Program-made: the position numbers and the translations under genes
Notes under the pieces: generated by a model
What the model saw: only the letters and a program-made list of their open reading frames with translations
The model's database searches: none
What the model was told of the DNA's origin: nothing
Source of the DNA: Octopus vulgaris
Taxonomy: Eukaryota
Assembly (NCBI GenBank): GCA_951406725.2
Contig: OX597819.1
Coordinates: forward strand, 61,008,001 to 61,072,000
Length of the DNA stretch: 64,000 nucleotides
Reading direction: 5' to 3'
Shown: positions 9,504 to 20,348 of the stretch, in pieces
Numbering within the stretch: position 1 is the stretch's first letter
Layout: each line of letters starts with the position of its first letter

Positions 9504-11609
9504 TCATGTAAATTGTAAAAATATTGAAAATAGCCACAGAAAAACTGACTGTAATCCGCCTTTGGTTAAGCATTGAACTAAACGCACGCCATTACTTCGA
9601 GCATGTTCTTTCTTTCTGTCCGCCTTTCTTTTGCGGTAAACTTCTTTAATGTCTGGTACACTCGGTATTTTAAACGGGTCATTAGGTTTATCACGATCAA
9701 ATGTTTGGGGTTTATGTATGATAATGCGATCAGCGGTGGTTGTGGTCCTCATCGGAATGTTTTTGCAAGGTATGGCCTCAGCTTTGATGGTATAGACAGT
9801 AAGCGGTTTCAAATACCGACCTCTTACAAAAGACCAAGTCATTTTATTACATTCACTGGCGGCCATCACCATTATTTCATTTTTATGCATGTCATTTCTC
9901 AAAAGACAAATAGTATCGGAAGTGTTATCACGATTTTGCATTACTACAGCCTTCTCCCAATAATTAGGTTTAAACGTTAATAAACAACGATAGTCGCTTA
10001 CATGCGCGTGTATTGGGCAATTTTTCATTTCAATACGGCATAAGGTGTTATCATAGCAGTCCTGGTACATGCTTCCGTAGCAACCTCGTCCAGGTTTTAT
10101 GGCTAATCGAATCTCAAAGCTTGATTCAAACTCGCAATCCTTAAAACTTATCAAAGGTTTGCGGGACACAATCGGTTTAAATGAATTTGGGAAAGAGCGA
10201 TATGTGTCACCAATGGGTTTTACATCTGATACGAATCTTTGGTTACTGCAAATCGAATCTTTAACATGATCATCGATGAGTGGCCAAACGATACTTTTTG
10301 AGAGTACATAACCCATTACCATTGGAGAATAATCCGTGATTTGGATACAAGAATAACGAGGTCGGCAACCGTTTTCGAAAATCGAAAGCACCGAATATCG
10401 ACCCTCACTTCTAGTTGAGATTCTGCTTAATGAGACACACTTGAACGAGCCAACCCGTTCAATTTCAAAATTCGATTCGCTAATCTGAATCTCTTTGATG
10501 CCATCGTAATTTGTTTGGTACCATGGACCACGAAGCCGACTTGGAAAAGAGCAGACTGCTGGAGGTATATTGGGATCACATTTCCGGCAGCTGTAGGGAC
10601 ACTCATAATCTGTGAGTCTTGAACATACAACCTGCCTACATTCTTTGTATTCGTCTTGACATAGTTTAGTATACAAGACACGAGTCAGGCTTGCAACGAT
10701 GTAGTTCTTGGCTTGTTGAGCCTTATTTGAGGTCTCAGACCATCCTATGATGTCATCTACTCCGTTGGGGCAAATTAAATCAAAGAATAAATAAATTTCA
10801 GTTTTTTCCCAATTACTAATATTTTGAGAACGAAGGCACCAGATTTGACCTTTATAAGTTCTAACAATAGTAAATGTGTAGCCATCATCCCACCAGCTGG
10901 CGACGCATAACAGATTTGTTGTTGTTTCCATGGGTGTATTCTGAAGGCAGGTTTCAGATCGAAAGTAAAATGTCATCCCTTCACCAGCGATACATTCGCT
11001 CTCTAATCTCATTGGAAGGGCTTTCATGTTGCAGCCATTGCTAATTCCATTTGAATCAACGGTTTTCATATTGTATCCTCCTTGTAAAGGACAAAGTAAG
11101 TATTCGTCCCTAATTCGACTGCGAAGTATTAAAGGCCAAGGGTTTAATTTTAGATGGTGCTCATGACAAAGCTGCAGATCAAACCGAGACACAAAATTAG
11201 ATTCTCGAATTTGCATTATAGCTACACCTCTTCTGATAAATTCAAGGCATGCATACATTCTCGGTTTACCCTTTTCTTCATGCCGCACCACATATTTGTC
11301 CATCATTTTATATATACACTCTCTTATGTAATATTGCTCAGTGTTATTAGTACCGAACGGTGTTTGGTAAATATGTCGGGCTATCATGTAATTTTTCTTA
11401 AATTCAATCTCTGTTAAGTCGTTTCCATTTGGTCTGATAGTGTTGTTTGTCTCCCAAATTACGTCTACCGTCTCTATATGTTTCATATCGTGAAAGTTGC
11501 AAGAACTGGAGACAAAGCTGATTGTGTTCAATAAGAAGACAAAACAAAGAGCACAGAGCATCCGATGGCGGTGATGATACAGGCACACACAAAATCTTGG
11601 GGAATCCAT
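9504..11609 (-). CDS. Cys-rich secreted, probably GPI-anchored protein (701 aa) with two tandem module pairs (resembling the DUF7042/7043/7044, PTHR22255-type family) and a central ShKT-like motif
   Basis: 2106-bp uninterrupted ORF in non-repetitive sequence. Hydrophobic N-terminus (MLCALCFVFLLNTISFVSSS); in-frame TAA 8 codons upstream (11633-11631) fixes the start. Repeated motifs: YACLEFIRRGVAIMQI / YSCIQITDYSPMVMGY and CPLQGGY..SEC..LLCVASW / CEFESSF..QDC..YRCLLTF; also CSFPSRLRGPW. C-terminus RSNG...SVFLWLFSIFLQFT*. The CDS is firm; the family assignment is from memory and less certain. Confidence 0.93.
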   Translation of the reverse strand: MDSPRFCVCLYHHRHRMLCALCFVFLLNTISFVSSSCNFHDMKHIETVDVIWETNNTIRPNGNDLTEIEFKKNYMIARHIYQTPFGTNNTEQYYIRECIYKMMDKYVVRHEEKGKPRMYACLEFIRRGVAIMQIRESNFVSRFDLQLCHEHHLKLNPWPLILRSRIRDEYLLCPLQGGYNMKTVDSNGISNGCNMKALPMRLESECIAGEGMTFYFRSETCLQNTPMETTTNLLCVASWWDDGYTFTIVRTYKGQIWCLRSQNISNWEKTEIYLFFDLICPNGVDDIIGWSETSNKAQQAKNYIVASLTRVLYTKLCQDEYKECRQVVCSRLTDYECPYSCRKCDPNIPPAVCSFPSRLRGPWYQTNYDGIKEIQISESNFEIERVGSFKCVSLSRISTRSEGRYSVLSIFENGCRPRYSCIQITDYSPMVMGYVLSKSIVWPLIDDHVKDSICSNQRFVSDVKPIGDTYRSFPNSFKPIVSRKPLISFKDCEFESSFEIRLAIKPGRGCYGSMYQDCYDNTLCRIEMKNCPIHAHVSDYRCLLTFKPNYWEKAVVMQNRDNTSDTICLLRNDMHKNEIMVMAASECNKMTWSFVRGRYLKPLTVYTIKAEAIPCKNIPMRTTTTADRIIIHKPQTFDRDKPNDPFKIPSVPDIKEVYRKRKADRKKEHARSNGVRLVQCLTKGGLQSVFLWLFSIFLQFT

Positions 11610-11647
11610 TTCTTTGTATACGGCAATATCTTAATCCAGCCGAGTAT

Positions 11648-11671
11648 TTATATCCGTTTTTTGTCGGTCAT
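11648..11671 (-). promoter_or_regulatory. 7-codon upstream ORF (MTDKKRI*) in the 5' UTR
   Basis: ATG ACC GAC AAA AAA CGG ATA TAA, out of frame with the main ATG and ending 38 nt before it. Confidence 0.6.
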
Positions 11672-11676
11672 GAAAC

Positions 11677-11700
11677 CTGTGTAAAAGAAAGAAAGAAAAC
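11677..11700 (-). other. 3' splice site of a 5'-UTR intron (exon starts at 11676)
   Basis: Minus strand reads GTTTTCTTTCTTTCTTTTACACAG|GTTTC: strong polypyrimidine tract plus CAG, 67 nt upstream of the ATG. Confidence 0.82.
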
Positions 11701-11759
11701 GCTTTATTAATAAAGTACGCACAAATACAAAATAATATACATCGTCAGTAAGCATGCTA

Positions 11760-11843
<84 letters not shown>

Positions 11844-11850
11844 GTCTGTC
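11760..11850 (+). repeat. (TCTA)n microsatellite
   Basis: About 20 perfect TCTA units followed by TCTG units. Confidence 0.97.
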
Positions 11851-11861
11851 TCATATATATT

Positions 11862-12483
11862 CATTTCTTTATTGCCCACAGGGGGCTAAACATATAGGGG
11901 ACAAACAAGGACATACAAAAGGATTAAGTCGATTACATTGACCCCAGTGCGTAACTGGTATTTATTTAATCTACCCTGAAAGGATGAAAGGCAAAGTCGA
12001 CCTCGGCAGAATTTGAACTCAGAATGTAAAGACAGACGAAATACCTATTTCTTTACTACCCACAAGGGGATAAACACAGAGGGGACAAACAAGGACAGAC
12101 AGACGGATTAAGTCTTAATTTATCGACCCCAAAAGGATGAAAGGCAAAGTCGACCTCGGCGGAATTTGAACTCAGAACGTAACGGCAGACGAAATACCTA
12201 TTTCTTTATTACCCACAAGGGGCTAAACACAGAGGGGACAAACAAGGACAGATATAGGTATTAAGTCGATTACATCGACCCCAGTGCGTAACTGGTACTT
12301 AATTTATCGACCCCGAAAGGATGAAAGGCAAAGTCGACCTCGGCGGAATTTGAACTCACAACGTAACGCAGACGAAATACCGCTAAGCATTTCGCCCGGC
12401 GTGCTAACGTTTCTGCCAGCTCGCCGCCAAAATAACGCTAAGCATTTCGCCTGGTGTGCTAACGTTTCTGCCAGCTCACTGCC
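11862..12483 (-). mobile_element. SINE family B multimer (three bodies plus an extra head fragment)
   Basis: Head GGCGGCGAGCTGGCAGAAACGTTAGCACGCCGGGCGAAATGCTTAGCG, B-box-like GAGTTCAAATTCC, core GCCTTTCATCCTTTCGGGGTCGATAAATTAAGTACCAG and tail ...TTAGCCCCTTGTGGGTA(A/G)TAAAGAAAT; body and tail occur three times. Confidence 0.9.
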
Positions 12484-13127
12484 CTTCTCTCTTATATATA
12501 TTTACATACATGTATACCTACACAAACACACACACACATATGTGCACGCTCATATGCTGAGATTGTCTAATCCAATATACTTCAATACTTCTGATGACAA
12601 AGCGTCATCTTGAGCATCAGTTTTATAAACACTATATATTAATTAATCATAGACTTGATTTAAAGAATAATTAACAAATAACATCAACGTTTATTTGACC
12701 CATTTATACTGAACGCCGTCGTCATAAGTAACACCACGACGACGGCCATTATCGCCATCATATCCCCATACCTCCCACCCAACAACATCGATGACTATAC
12801 GAGGTATAGTTGAGAGTACTTAGATTTTTTTTAAACGAAACTGTCCAGGAAAAAATGTATTTTCTGAAAACCATCAAACAGTTAAGAAGCATCTCCAATT
12901 CAAAATGGCAGCTGTAGCCACCTTCACAACTGATATTAGAATTCTCATACAATATATACTGTTGTGATATATAATTACTGAACTGTCGTGTAGTATTACA
13001 TATTTTTATATGTATTTTAACAGGCACAGATGCGGCTGTATGGTAAGAAATTTGCTTCTCAAACACATGCTTCCAGGTTCTGTCCCACTAATTGGCACCT
13101 TCGGCAAGTGTCTTGTGAGTTAATTTG

Positions 13128-13213
13128 ATATATATATATATATATATATATATGAGTGTGTGTGTGTGTGTATATATGTGTGTGTGTGTATGTATATATA
13201 TATATATATATTT

Positions 13214-13258
<45 letters not shown>

Positions 13259-13276
13259 TGTGTGTATATATATATA

Positions 13277-13373
<97 letters not shown>

Positions 13374-13389
13374 ATATATATATATATAT

Positions 13390-13430
<41 letters not shown>

Positions 13431-13454
13431 TGTGTATATATATATATATGTGTG

Positions 13455-13501
<47 letters not shown>

Positions 13502-13927
13502 GTGTGTGTGTATATATATATGAGTGTGTGTATATATATATGAGTGTGTGTGTATATATATATGAGTGTGTGTGTATATATATATGAGTGTGTGTGTGTA
13601 TATATATATGAGTGTGTGTATATATATATATGAGTGTGTGTGTGTATATATATGTATGTATATGTATGTATATGTATATATGTATGTATATGTATATAAA
13701 TGTATATATATATATATGTAAATGTATATATTATATATGTAAATGTATATATTATATATGTAAATGTATATATTATATATGTAAATGTATATATTATATA
13801 TGTAAATGTATATATTATATATGTAAATGTATATATATATATATGTAAATGTATATATATATATATATGTAAATGTATATATATATATATATATATATAT
13901 ATGTAAATGTATATATATATGTATATA
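13128..13927 (+). repeat. Compound (TA)/(TG) microsatellite with a 21-bp TGTAAATGTATATATTATATA sub-array
   Basis: Direct inspection; the sub-array lies at about 13717-13920. Confidence 0.95.
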
Positions 13928-14684
13928 CAGTCAACTCTCGCTACTATGCCACTTGTAAACTGAAGCGCACGCAACTTTTCGAAATTTTATACTCCTACAT
14001 TTTGTACATTTCATATTTGTAATCTTGTGGAAAAGTTCAGAAAGTAGCACACAATGTCAGCTCAGAAACGCAAGCGGACTGAGTTTACGCTGAAGGAAAA
14101 GAAGGAGATTATCGATGCTGCGAAAAACGTTATTGTCGGGCCCCTCGTATCATTAGTAATATCTGATACAAGTTACCGCCCCTTGTATTGTCCGACATGT
14201 TTCACTCTAGAAGAATTAACAAAGGAGGTAATGCATAACGAAGAGCCGGTGGAAAGTGAAGACGACGAGGTAATTGTGGAAGAGGAATACGTTTCGTTTG
14301 CAGATGCCCAGAGAGCATGGAGCACTATCCGAACGTTTATGCAGCAACAGAGCAGCGGAAAACCCAGCGTCATGCAGGCGTGTGATAGGCTAGACAACGA
14401 AATGAATGAAATCCGCCGAAAGAAGATGTGTCAGCCGACAAGTTTTGAGAGCTCCGGGATTAACTAAAAGCAATCTGAACTTAATAAACTTGGATGTCTT
14501 CTTTTTACCATTACATTGAACTTCTTATTGGCCTTACTTCCTACCCTATCAATTTTTATTCGTATGTTCAGTAAATTTTTGGTTACGTAGTGTTTAGATA
14601 ACAGATCCTCGTTACTATGCCACTCTTGGTACTATGCCTCTTTGGCTCAGTCCCGCAGGGTAGCATAGTAGCGAGAGTTGACTG
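13928..14684 (+). mobile_element. Internally deleted Tigger/pogo-type DNA transposon with a 137-aa fusion ORF (14054-14467)
   Basis: TIRs CAGTCAACTCTCGCTACTATGC / GCATAGTAGCGAGAGTTGACTG with TA on both sides and subterminal TACTATGCC repeats. The ORF begins like a CENP-B/Tigger HTH (KRKRTEFTLKEKKEII) and ends like a Tigger C-terminus (acidic patch, VSFADAQRAWSTIRTFM, KKMCQPT). No DDE core. Confidence 0.9.
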
Positions 14685-14813
14685 TATGTATATGTATATA
14701 TATATGTATGTATATATATATATATATGTATGTATATATATATATATATGTATGTATATATATATATATATATGTATGTATATATATATATATATGTATG
14801 TATGTATATATAT

Positions 14814-14844
<31 letters not shown>

Positions 14845-15250
14845 TGTATATATGTATATGTATGTATATATGTATATGTATGTATATATGTATATATATA
14901 TGTATGTATATATGTATGTATATATGAATATATATATGTATGTATATATAAATATATATATGTATGTATATATGAATATATATATGTATGTATATATGTA
15001 TATATATATGAATATATATATGTATGTATATATGTATATATATATGAATATATATATATATGTATATATATATGAATATATAAATATATGTATATTTATG
15101 TGTATATTTATGTATATATATATGTATGTATATATATATGTATATATATGTTTATATCTATATATATGTATATAAGTATATGTATACATCTATATATATG
15201 TATATAGATATATATGTATATAAGCACACACATATATATATGTATGTATG
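14685..15250 (+). repeat. Compound (TA)/(TATG) microsatellite
   Basis: Direct inspection. Confidence 0.95.
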
Positions 15251-16113
15251 TGTGCGCGCGTCCGTGTCTATTCGATGATAACCTAACTCGATGAGACCCA
15301 TTTTGGACTGATTTCTCTTGTAATGCTCATTGGTGATTGCACATCGACACTCTGATGGACATAGGCATGTATACCCTGCGGCCAGGTCTTCAAGTGAGTT
15401 TCTTGTGACAAATGATGGTATACACCTTTCACTGGTAAAGTCGTATGTCTGAATCAGTGTGAAGAAATATGGCAGATAACCGAGAAAAAGAGAAGAGAGG
15501 TCTAATATATGTGTTCGGCTGACATAGAGCCACAAAGGAGTCCGATATAAATATCAATGAATGGACCTATATTTGGGAATATCTCACACATGCTTTAGAG
15601 TAGATAAGAATATATTGCAGTATTAAATTTAGATAATGATGTTGTTGGTTTTCACAGTCAGAAGCTGGTCTCCCCGTCTCTCCACTTGTTCCTTCTCTCC
15701 GCCTGTTGCTTCTCCACTTTTTATCTATCTCGCGCATGTGCGCTCATCCTTCCATATTGGACTCTTTTGAAGTTATACACTTGTAATACGTCAATGATAC
15801 ATCAATGTACCATCAACGTTTTACGAATGTGTGTGTGTTTACGTGTGTATAGATCAATAACGTATATCGAATTAGCATCGATTGTGAATGTGTTTATATG
15901 CAAATATTTAGATCGATTTATATGTGTGTACATACATGTATATATAAATATATTTGCATGTATGTATATATATATATATAAGAATATATATGCAATTATA
16001 TATACATATAATTTTATACATATGTATATAATTATATATACATAATACACAAACACATATATATATATACGCGCACGAGCTCGTTTTATACCAGAATTGC
16101 ATTGATATATGCA

Positions 16114-16269
<156 letters not shown>

Positions 16270-16754
16270 AGCATCGATACCCTCACAGACATGTGTGTGT
16301 GTGCGTGCGTGCGTGCGTGTGCTGTGTAGTATACGTACATATTTTGTTAAGTTAGACCAGATGTGATGGCTCCGTTAACCTATTGGGTCATATGAACACC
16401 AATATTTCTTCATCTAGTTTATCTGGCGAATCACATTTTTAAATTATATTTCCAAACGAAAAAATGGATTTACCATTGCAGTCTGACGAGCCAACTGCTA
16501 ATTGAGATAGTGCTGAAGCTGATTGGAGCAGCAAGAGGATTGTAGTCTTTCCTACTTAATCTTAGATAAGAAACCAGGAAGGATTTGAGAGTTCGTTTGG
16601 TCAGAGAAGAAAAATTGTTCTGGTGACTGGATATGAACACCAACTGGCTCGTTTCGTCGTTTGATTCACTGTTGTTCCACAAGCGTGATATTACATATGA
16701 AAATCCGATCTTTGAAGACGTGCGACGGAAATGTATCTATTAGAACGTTCGACA

Positions 16755-17010
16755 TGTATGTATGTACGAACGTATGTATGTACGAACGTATGTATGTACG
16801 AACGTATGTATGTACGAACGTATGTATGTATGTATGTATGTATGTATGTATGTATGTATGTATGTATGTATGTATGTATGTATGTATGTATGTATGTATG
16901 TATGTATGTATGTATGTATGTATGTATGTATGTATGTATGTATGTATGTATGTATGTATGTATGTATGTATGTATGTATGTATGTATGTATGTACGTACG
17001 TACGTACGTA
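16755..17010 (+). repeat. (TATG)n microsatellite with TACGAACG/TACG variant units at its ends
   Basis: Direct inspection. Confidence 0.97.
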
Positions 17011-17446
17011 CATAAATATGAAACCGATAAAGTAAGCAGCAATTTTAAGAAAATAGCGGAGTCGATTCCTCCAACCAAAAGCGCCTCAAGCTGATGCTAT
17101 ATATTCATACATATGTGTGTGTGTGTGTGTGTGTGTGCGCACCTGTTTGAAAATGAGTTTATTATTTTAACGCAAGTTAAACAATTGTCAAGGGAACATT
17201 GACACTTCGTGGGATTATATCCTTAGGCAAATCTTAACGCAACGAAATTTACATGTGTGTGTGTGTATATATATATATACATACACACACACACACAAAG
17301 GTACTACATGAGCACCTGTATCTCTAAAAAAAGAAGTCAAAACACTTTTAAGCCACAGAAGAATCACTAAACTGATACAAACCTGATAAATACATACATA
17401 CATCTATATATATAAATGTAATATGTGATAATTATTCGGTAGTCAT

Positions 17447-17507
17447 GATAAAACTCCGAGTTTCGGATGTCGGGGTGGAAATCCACGCCGACATCTCTTC
17501 AGTTATC
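17447..17507 (-). ncRNA. Type I minimal hammerhead ribozyme motif (core intact)
   Basis: GATAA-CTGAAGA-GATGTCGG(CGTGGATTTCCACC)CCGACATC-C-GAAAC-TCGGA-GTT-TTATC: stem I GATAA/TTATC, core CUGAAGA and GAAA, 8-bp stem II, short near-palindromic stem III (ACTC-G-GAGT), GUU cleavage triplet. Confidence 0.75.
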
Positions 17508-17529
17508 TTTTTTTTCTTTCCGATGGCCG

Positions 17530-17590
17530 GATAACTAAAGAGATGGCGGCGTGGATTTCCACCCCGACATCCGAAACTCGGAGCTTTATC
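17530..17590 (+). ncRNA. Degenerate hammerhead motif (core mutated)
   Basis: Same layout, but CTAAAGA replaces CTGAAGA and GCT replaces GTT, so it is predicted inactive. Confidence 0.6.
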
Positions 17591-17692
17591 ATGGCTACCG
17601 AATAATTGTCATATATTACATTTACAGACAAATTCCTCAATTTACATAATATCGAGGTCTCTTTCATTCTTTTATTGTCTTACCATTTCTAT

Positions 17693-17743
<51 letters not shown>

Positions 17744-17932
17744 CGCGCGCAAGTATGTTAGAGTGTGTACGATTGAATCAGTGGTTGGAGTACGGCCATA
17801 CTTGAAGGGATTTTAGTCAGATGAATTGATTGCAGTATTTTTTTGTTAACTCTGGTACTTATTCTACCGGCCTCTTATGCCGAACCGCTAAGTCACGGAG
17901 ACGTAAACAAACCAACACTGGTTGTCATGCAG

Positions 17933-18070
17933 TGGACAACTACCTCCTAAGATAATTATCCCTCTTGATTATTTACCCCCCTCTCCAATATATTAAGAAG
18001 TTTTAAATCAACAACTGTATCCTCAGGGGCTAATTGTTCTTATTTCCATGGGAGGTAAATGTCATAGACT
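17933..18070. mobile_element. Small degenerate MITE-like element with short subterminal repeats
   Basis: Left GGACAACTACCTCC / GATAATTATCCC / GATTATTTACCCC versus right GGGGCTAATTGTTC / GGGAGGTAAATGTC (inverted). Confidence 0.4.
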
Positions 18071-18076
18071 CGTGTG

Positions 18077-18099
<23 letters not shown>

Positions 18100-18107
<8 letters not shown>

Positions 18108-19448
18108 TTGTCTCCCTCTAACGCTTGACATCAAGTGCCGGTGTGCTTACACATTCGTAACGTAGCGGATCGGCAAAAGAGAGCGATATAAGTACCGGGC
18201 TAAAAAATTTTAAAAAATGAAGCTAAAACTAGCAATTAGTGGAGTCGATTCATTAGACAAAAAATTCTTCAAGGTGGTGCCCCAGCATGGCCACAGTCTA
18301 TTGACTGAAAACGAGTAAAAGATAAAGGCAGACACGTTAGATCGTTGAGTGAATTCCTTGCGGCTCTTCATGTTCTGAGTTCATATCCTGCCGAGGTCAA
18401 CTGAACTATTATCCTTTCGGTGGGGGGTGGGGGGTGGAGGGGGGCGATGAAGTAAAATTATAATAAATTACTAGGATCGATATAATCGATTATCCCCGCT
18501 CCTATCAAAATCGTTGGCCTTGTGTTTAATCTAGAAATGACTGGCAGAATCGGCAGAGCATCATACGAAATCCTTAATGCATTTCTACCTTTTTTACTTT
18601 CATCCATTGGACGTTGATAAAGTGATGTACCGGCAAAATACTGTAATTGATGTAATCCATAAACCCCGCTTCTTCAAAACTTTCTGGTCTTACTCTTTTA
18701 CTTGTTTCAGTCATTTGACTGTGGCCATGCTGGAGCACTACCGTTTTTTTCTTTAGTCAAGCAAATCGACCCCAAGACTTATTCTTTGTAAACCTAGTAC
18801 TTATTCTATGTCTCTTTTGCCGGACTGCTAAGTTACGGGGACGTAAACACACCACCATCGGTCACCAAGCGATGTTGAGGGGGGGGGCACAAACACAGAC
18901 ACACAACCATATACACACATACTTATATATATACATATATATACGACGGGATTCTTTCAGTTTCCATGTGGTTGGCAAGCAAGCTACTTACCACACAGCC
19001 ACTCCTACGTCTTGTTAATATTTTAGAAACAGTTAATATTTTATATATTCATTCTTTTTAATTACTTTAGTCATTGAACTGTGGCCATGCTGGGGCACAA
19101 CCTTGGAGGGTTCTAGTTGAATAAGTCGGCCGCGGAATAATTTTTCTTTCTTTTTTTTGTTATCTCTGGAAATTACTCTATCGGCTGTGATGCCGAACTG
19201 CTAGGTTACGGAGACGTAAGCAAACACACACCGGTTGTCAAGCAATGTGGGGCGAAACACAGACGCAAAGACACACACATATACACGACGGGCTTCTACT
19301 CAGTTTCCCTGTCCTTATTCACTTACACGGCATTTGTTGGGTCAGGGCTATATTACAAGATCTCTTCCTTCGGCGCTGCGCACTTGAACTGAACTCGGCG
19401 CCACGTGGTTGCAAAGCCAGTTCCTTAACCACACAGCCATACCCGCGT
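18100..19448. mobile_element. Cluster of SINE A and B copies (A+ 18100-18325; old B+ 18325-18690; A- 18690-19008; old A- 19060-19448)
   Basis: Recognisable family A tails (CAGCATGGCCACAGTC..TGACTGAAA) and family B cores (GAGGTCAAC..ATCCTTTCGG). Confidence 0.8.
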
Positions 19449-20348
19449 CTGTATATTAACGACTTTAATTAAATAATATGATTGTTAATTGCAGTAAATG
19501 AAGTGAAGTGTAATGAATTTGTTAATTAGCAATTGAAACCACATCGCATACGCTCGGTTGTGATGGCGGCTTCTTTGGGGCGGTGCTTGCTGGTTGCCAG
19601 TTGTAAATAATAGTGAATGCCGACAGCTACGATTTTATCTTAGTCTTTCTCCAGTTCTCAGTATTTTAGTACGCACGCACGCAAAACACACACACACACA
19701 CACACACTCACTCGTACATAAAACGCGCGCTCGGATGCACTCACAGACATAAGCACAACAAATGTGTACAAACGCACACGCAAAGAGACGTAAACACACA
19801 CACACATTCATTCCCAAAAGGCACGCACGCATGCACACACACACACGCATGCACACACAACATAGCACAGAGTCGCCACACACATACATACACATACCGG
19901 CACTTTACTTCCTGCTCTTACGCCGTCCTATACTGTTCTATACTCCTCAGCATACACACACACACACACACATGTATAGACATAAATAAAGAGGAGGAGG
20001 GAGACATAGAGGAAGACAGAGATGTATGGAGAAGGAGAGAGGACGTTGGAAGTGCCTATCTAAAAGAGAGAGTGAAAGAGATAAAGAGAGAGAAGTAAAT
20101 GAAGTAAGGAGGAGTAAGAGAAACAAGGATATATGTATTAGCATTAATATCCATATTTATGTATTAATATCTCCTCCCGCTTTCACTCGTTTCTTTCCTT
20201 TCCCCCTCTATTTTCCCCCTTCTCTCTAAGTTTCATGAAAAATATTATAGTTTCTTTCCCCCCTCTCTCTCTCACTCACATACTCTCTGTCTCATATACT
20301 TACATACATACATACATACACACATACACAAATATGTGTGTAAAGTGT

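Larger units (their letters stand above)
17413..17697. mobile_element. Penelope-like inverted terminal structure (arms 17413-17507 and 17530-17624)
   Basis: Two 95-bp arms that are reverse complements with few mismatches, separated by a 22-bp spacer; each arm carries a hammerhead motif; flanked by (TA)n. Confidence 0.8.

Noticed and set aside
9603-11710. Short ORFs overlapping the 701-aa CDS (9603+, 10427-, 11154+, 11404-, 11522+)
   Set aside because: Shadow frames of the real gene with no independent features.
12284-12613. Recurrent ORF MRNWYLIYRPRKDERQSRPRRNLNS (also 32766 and 49808) and the RRASFSFRLPNP ORFs
   Set aside because: Antisense readings of SINE B and SINE A, not a protein family.
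16474-16740. Possible upstream UTR exon with minus-strand donor G|GTAAAT at 16473
   Set aside because: Plausible, but no clear acceptor or promoter was found and it cannot be told from chance without transcript data.
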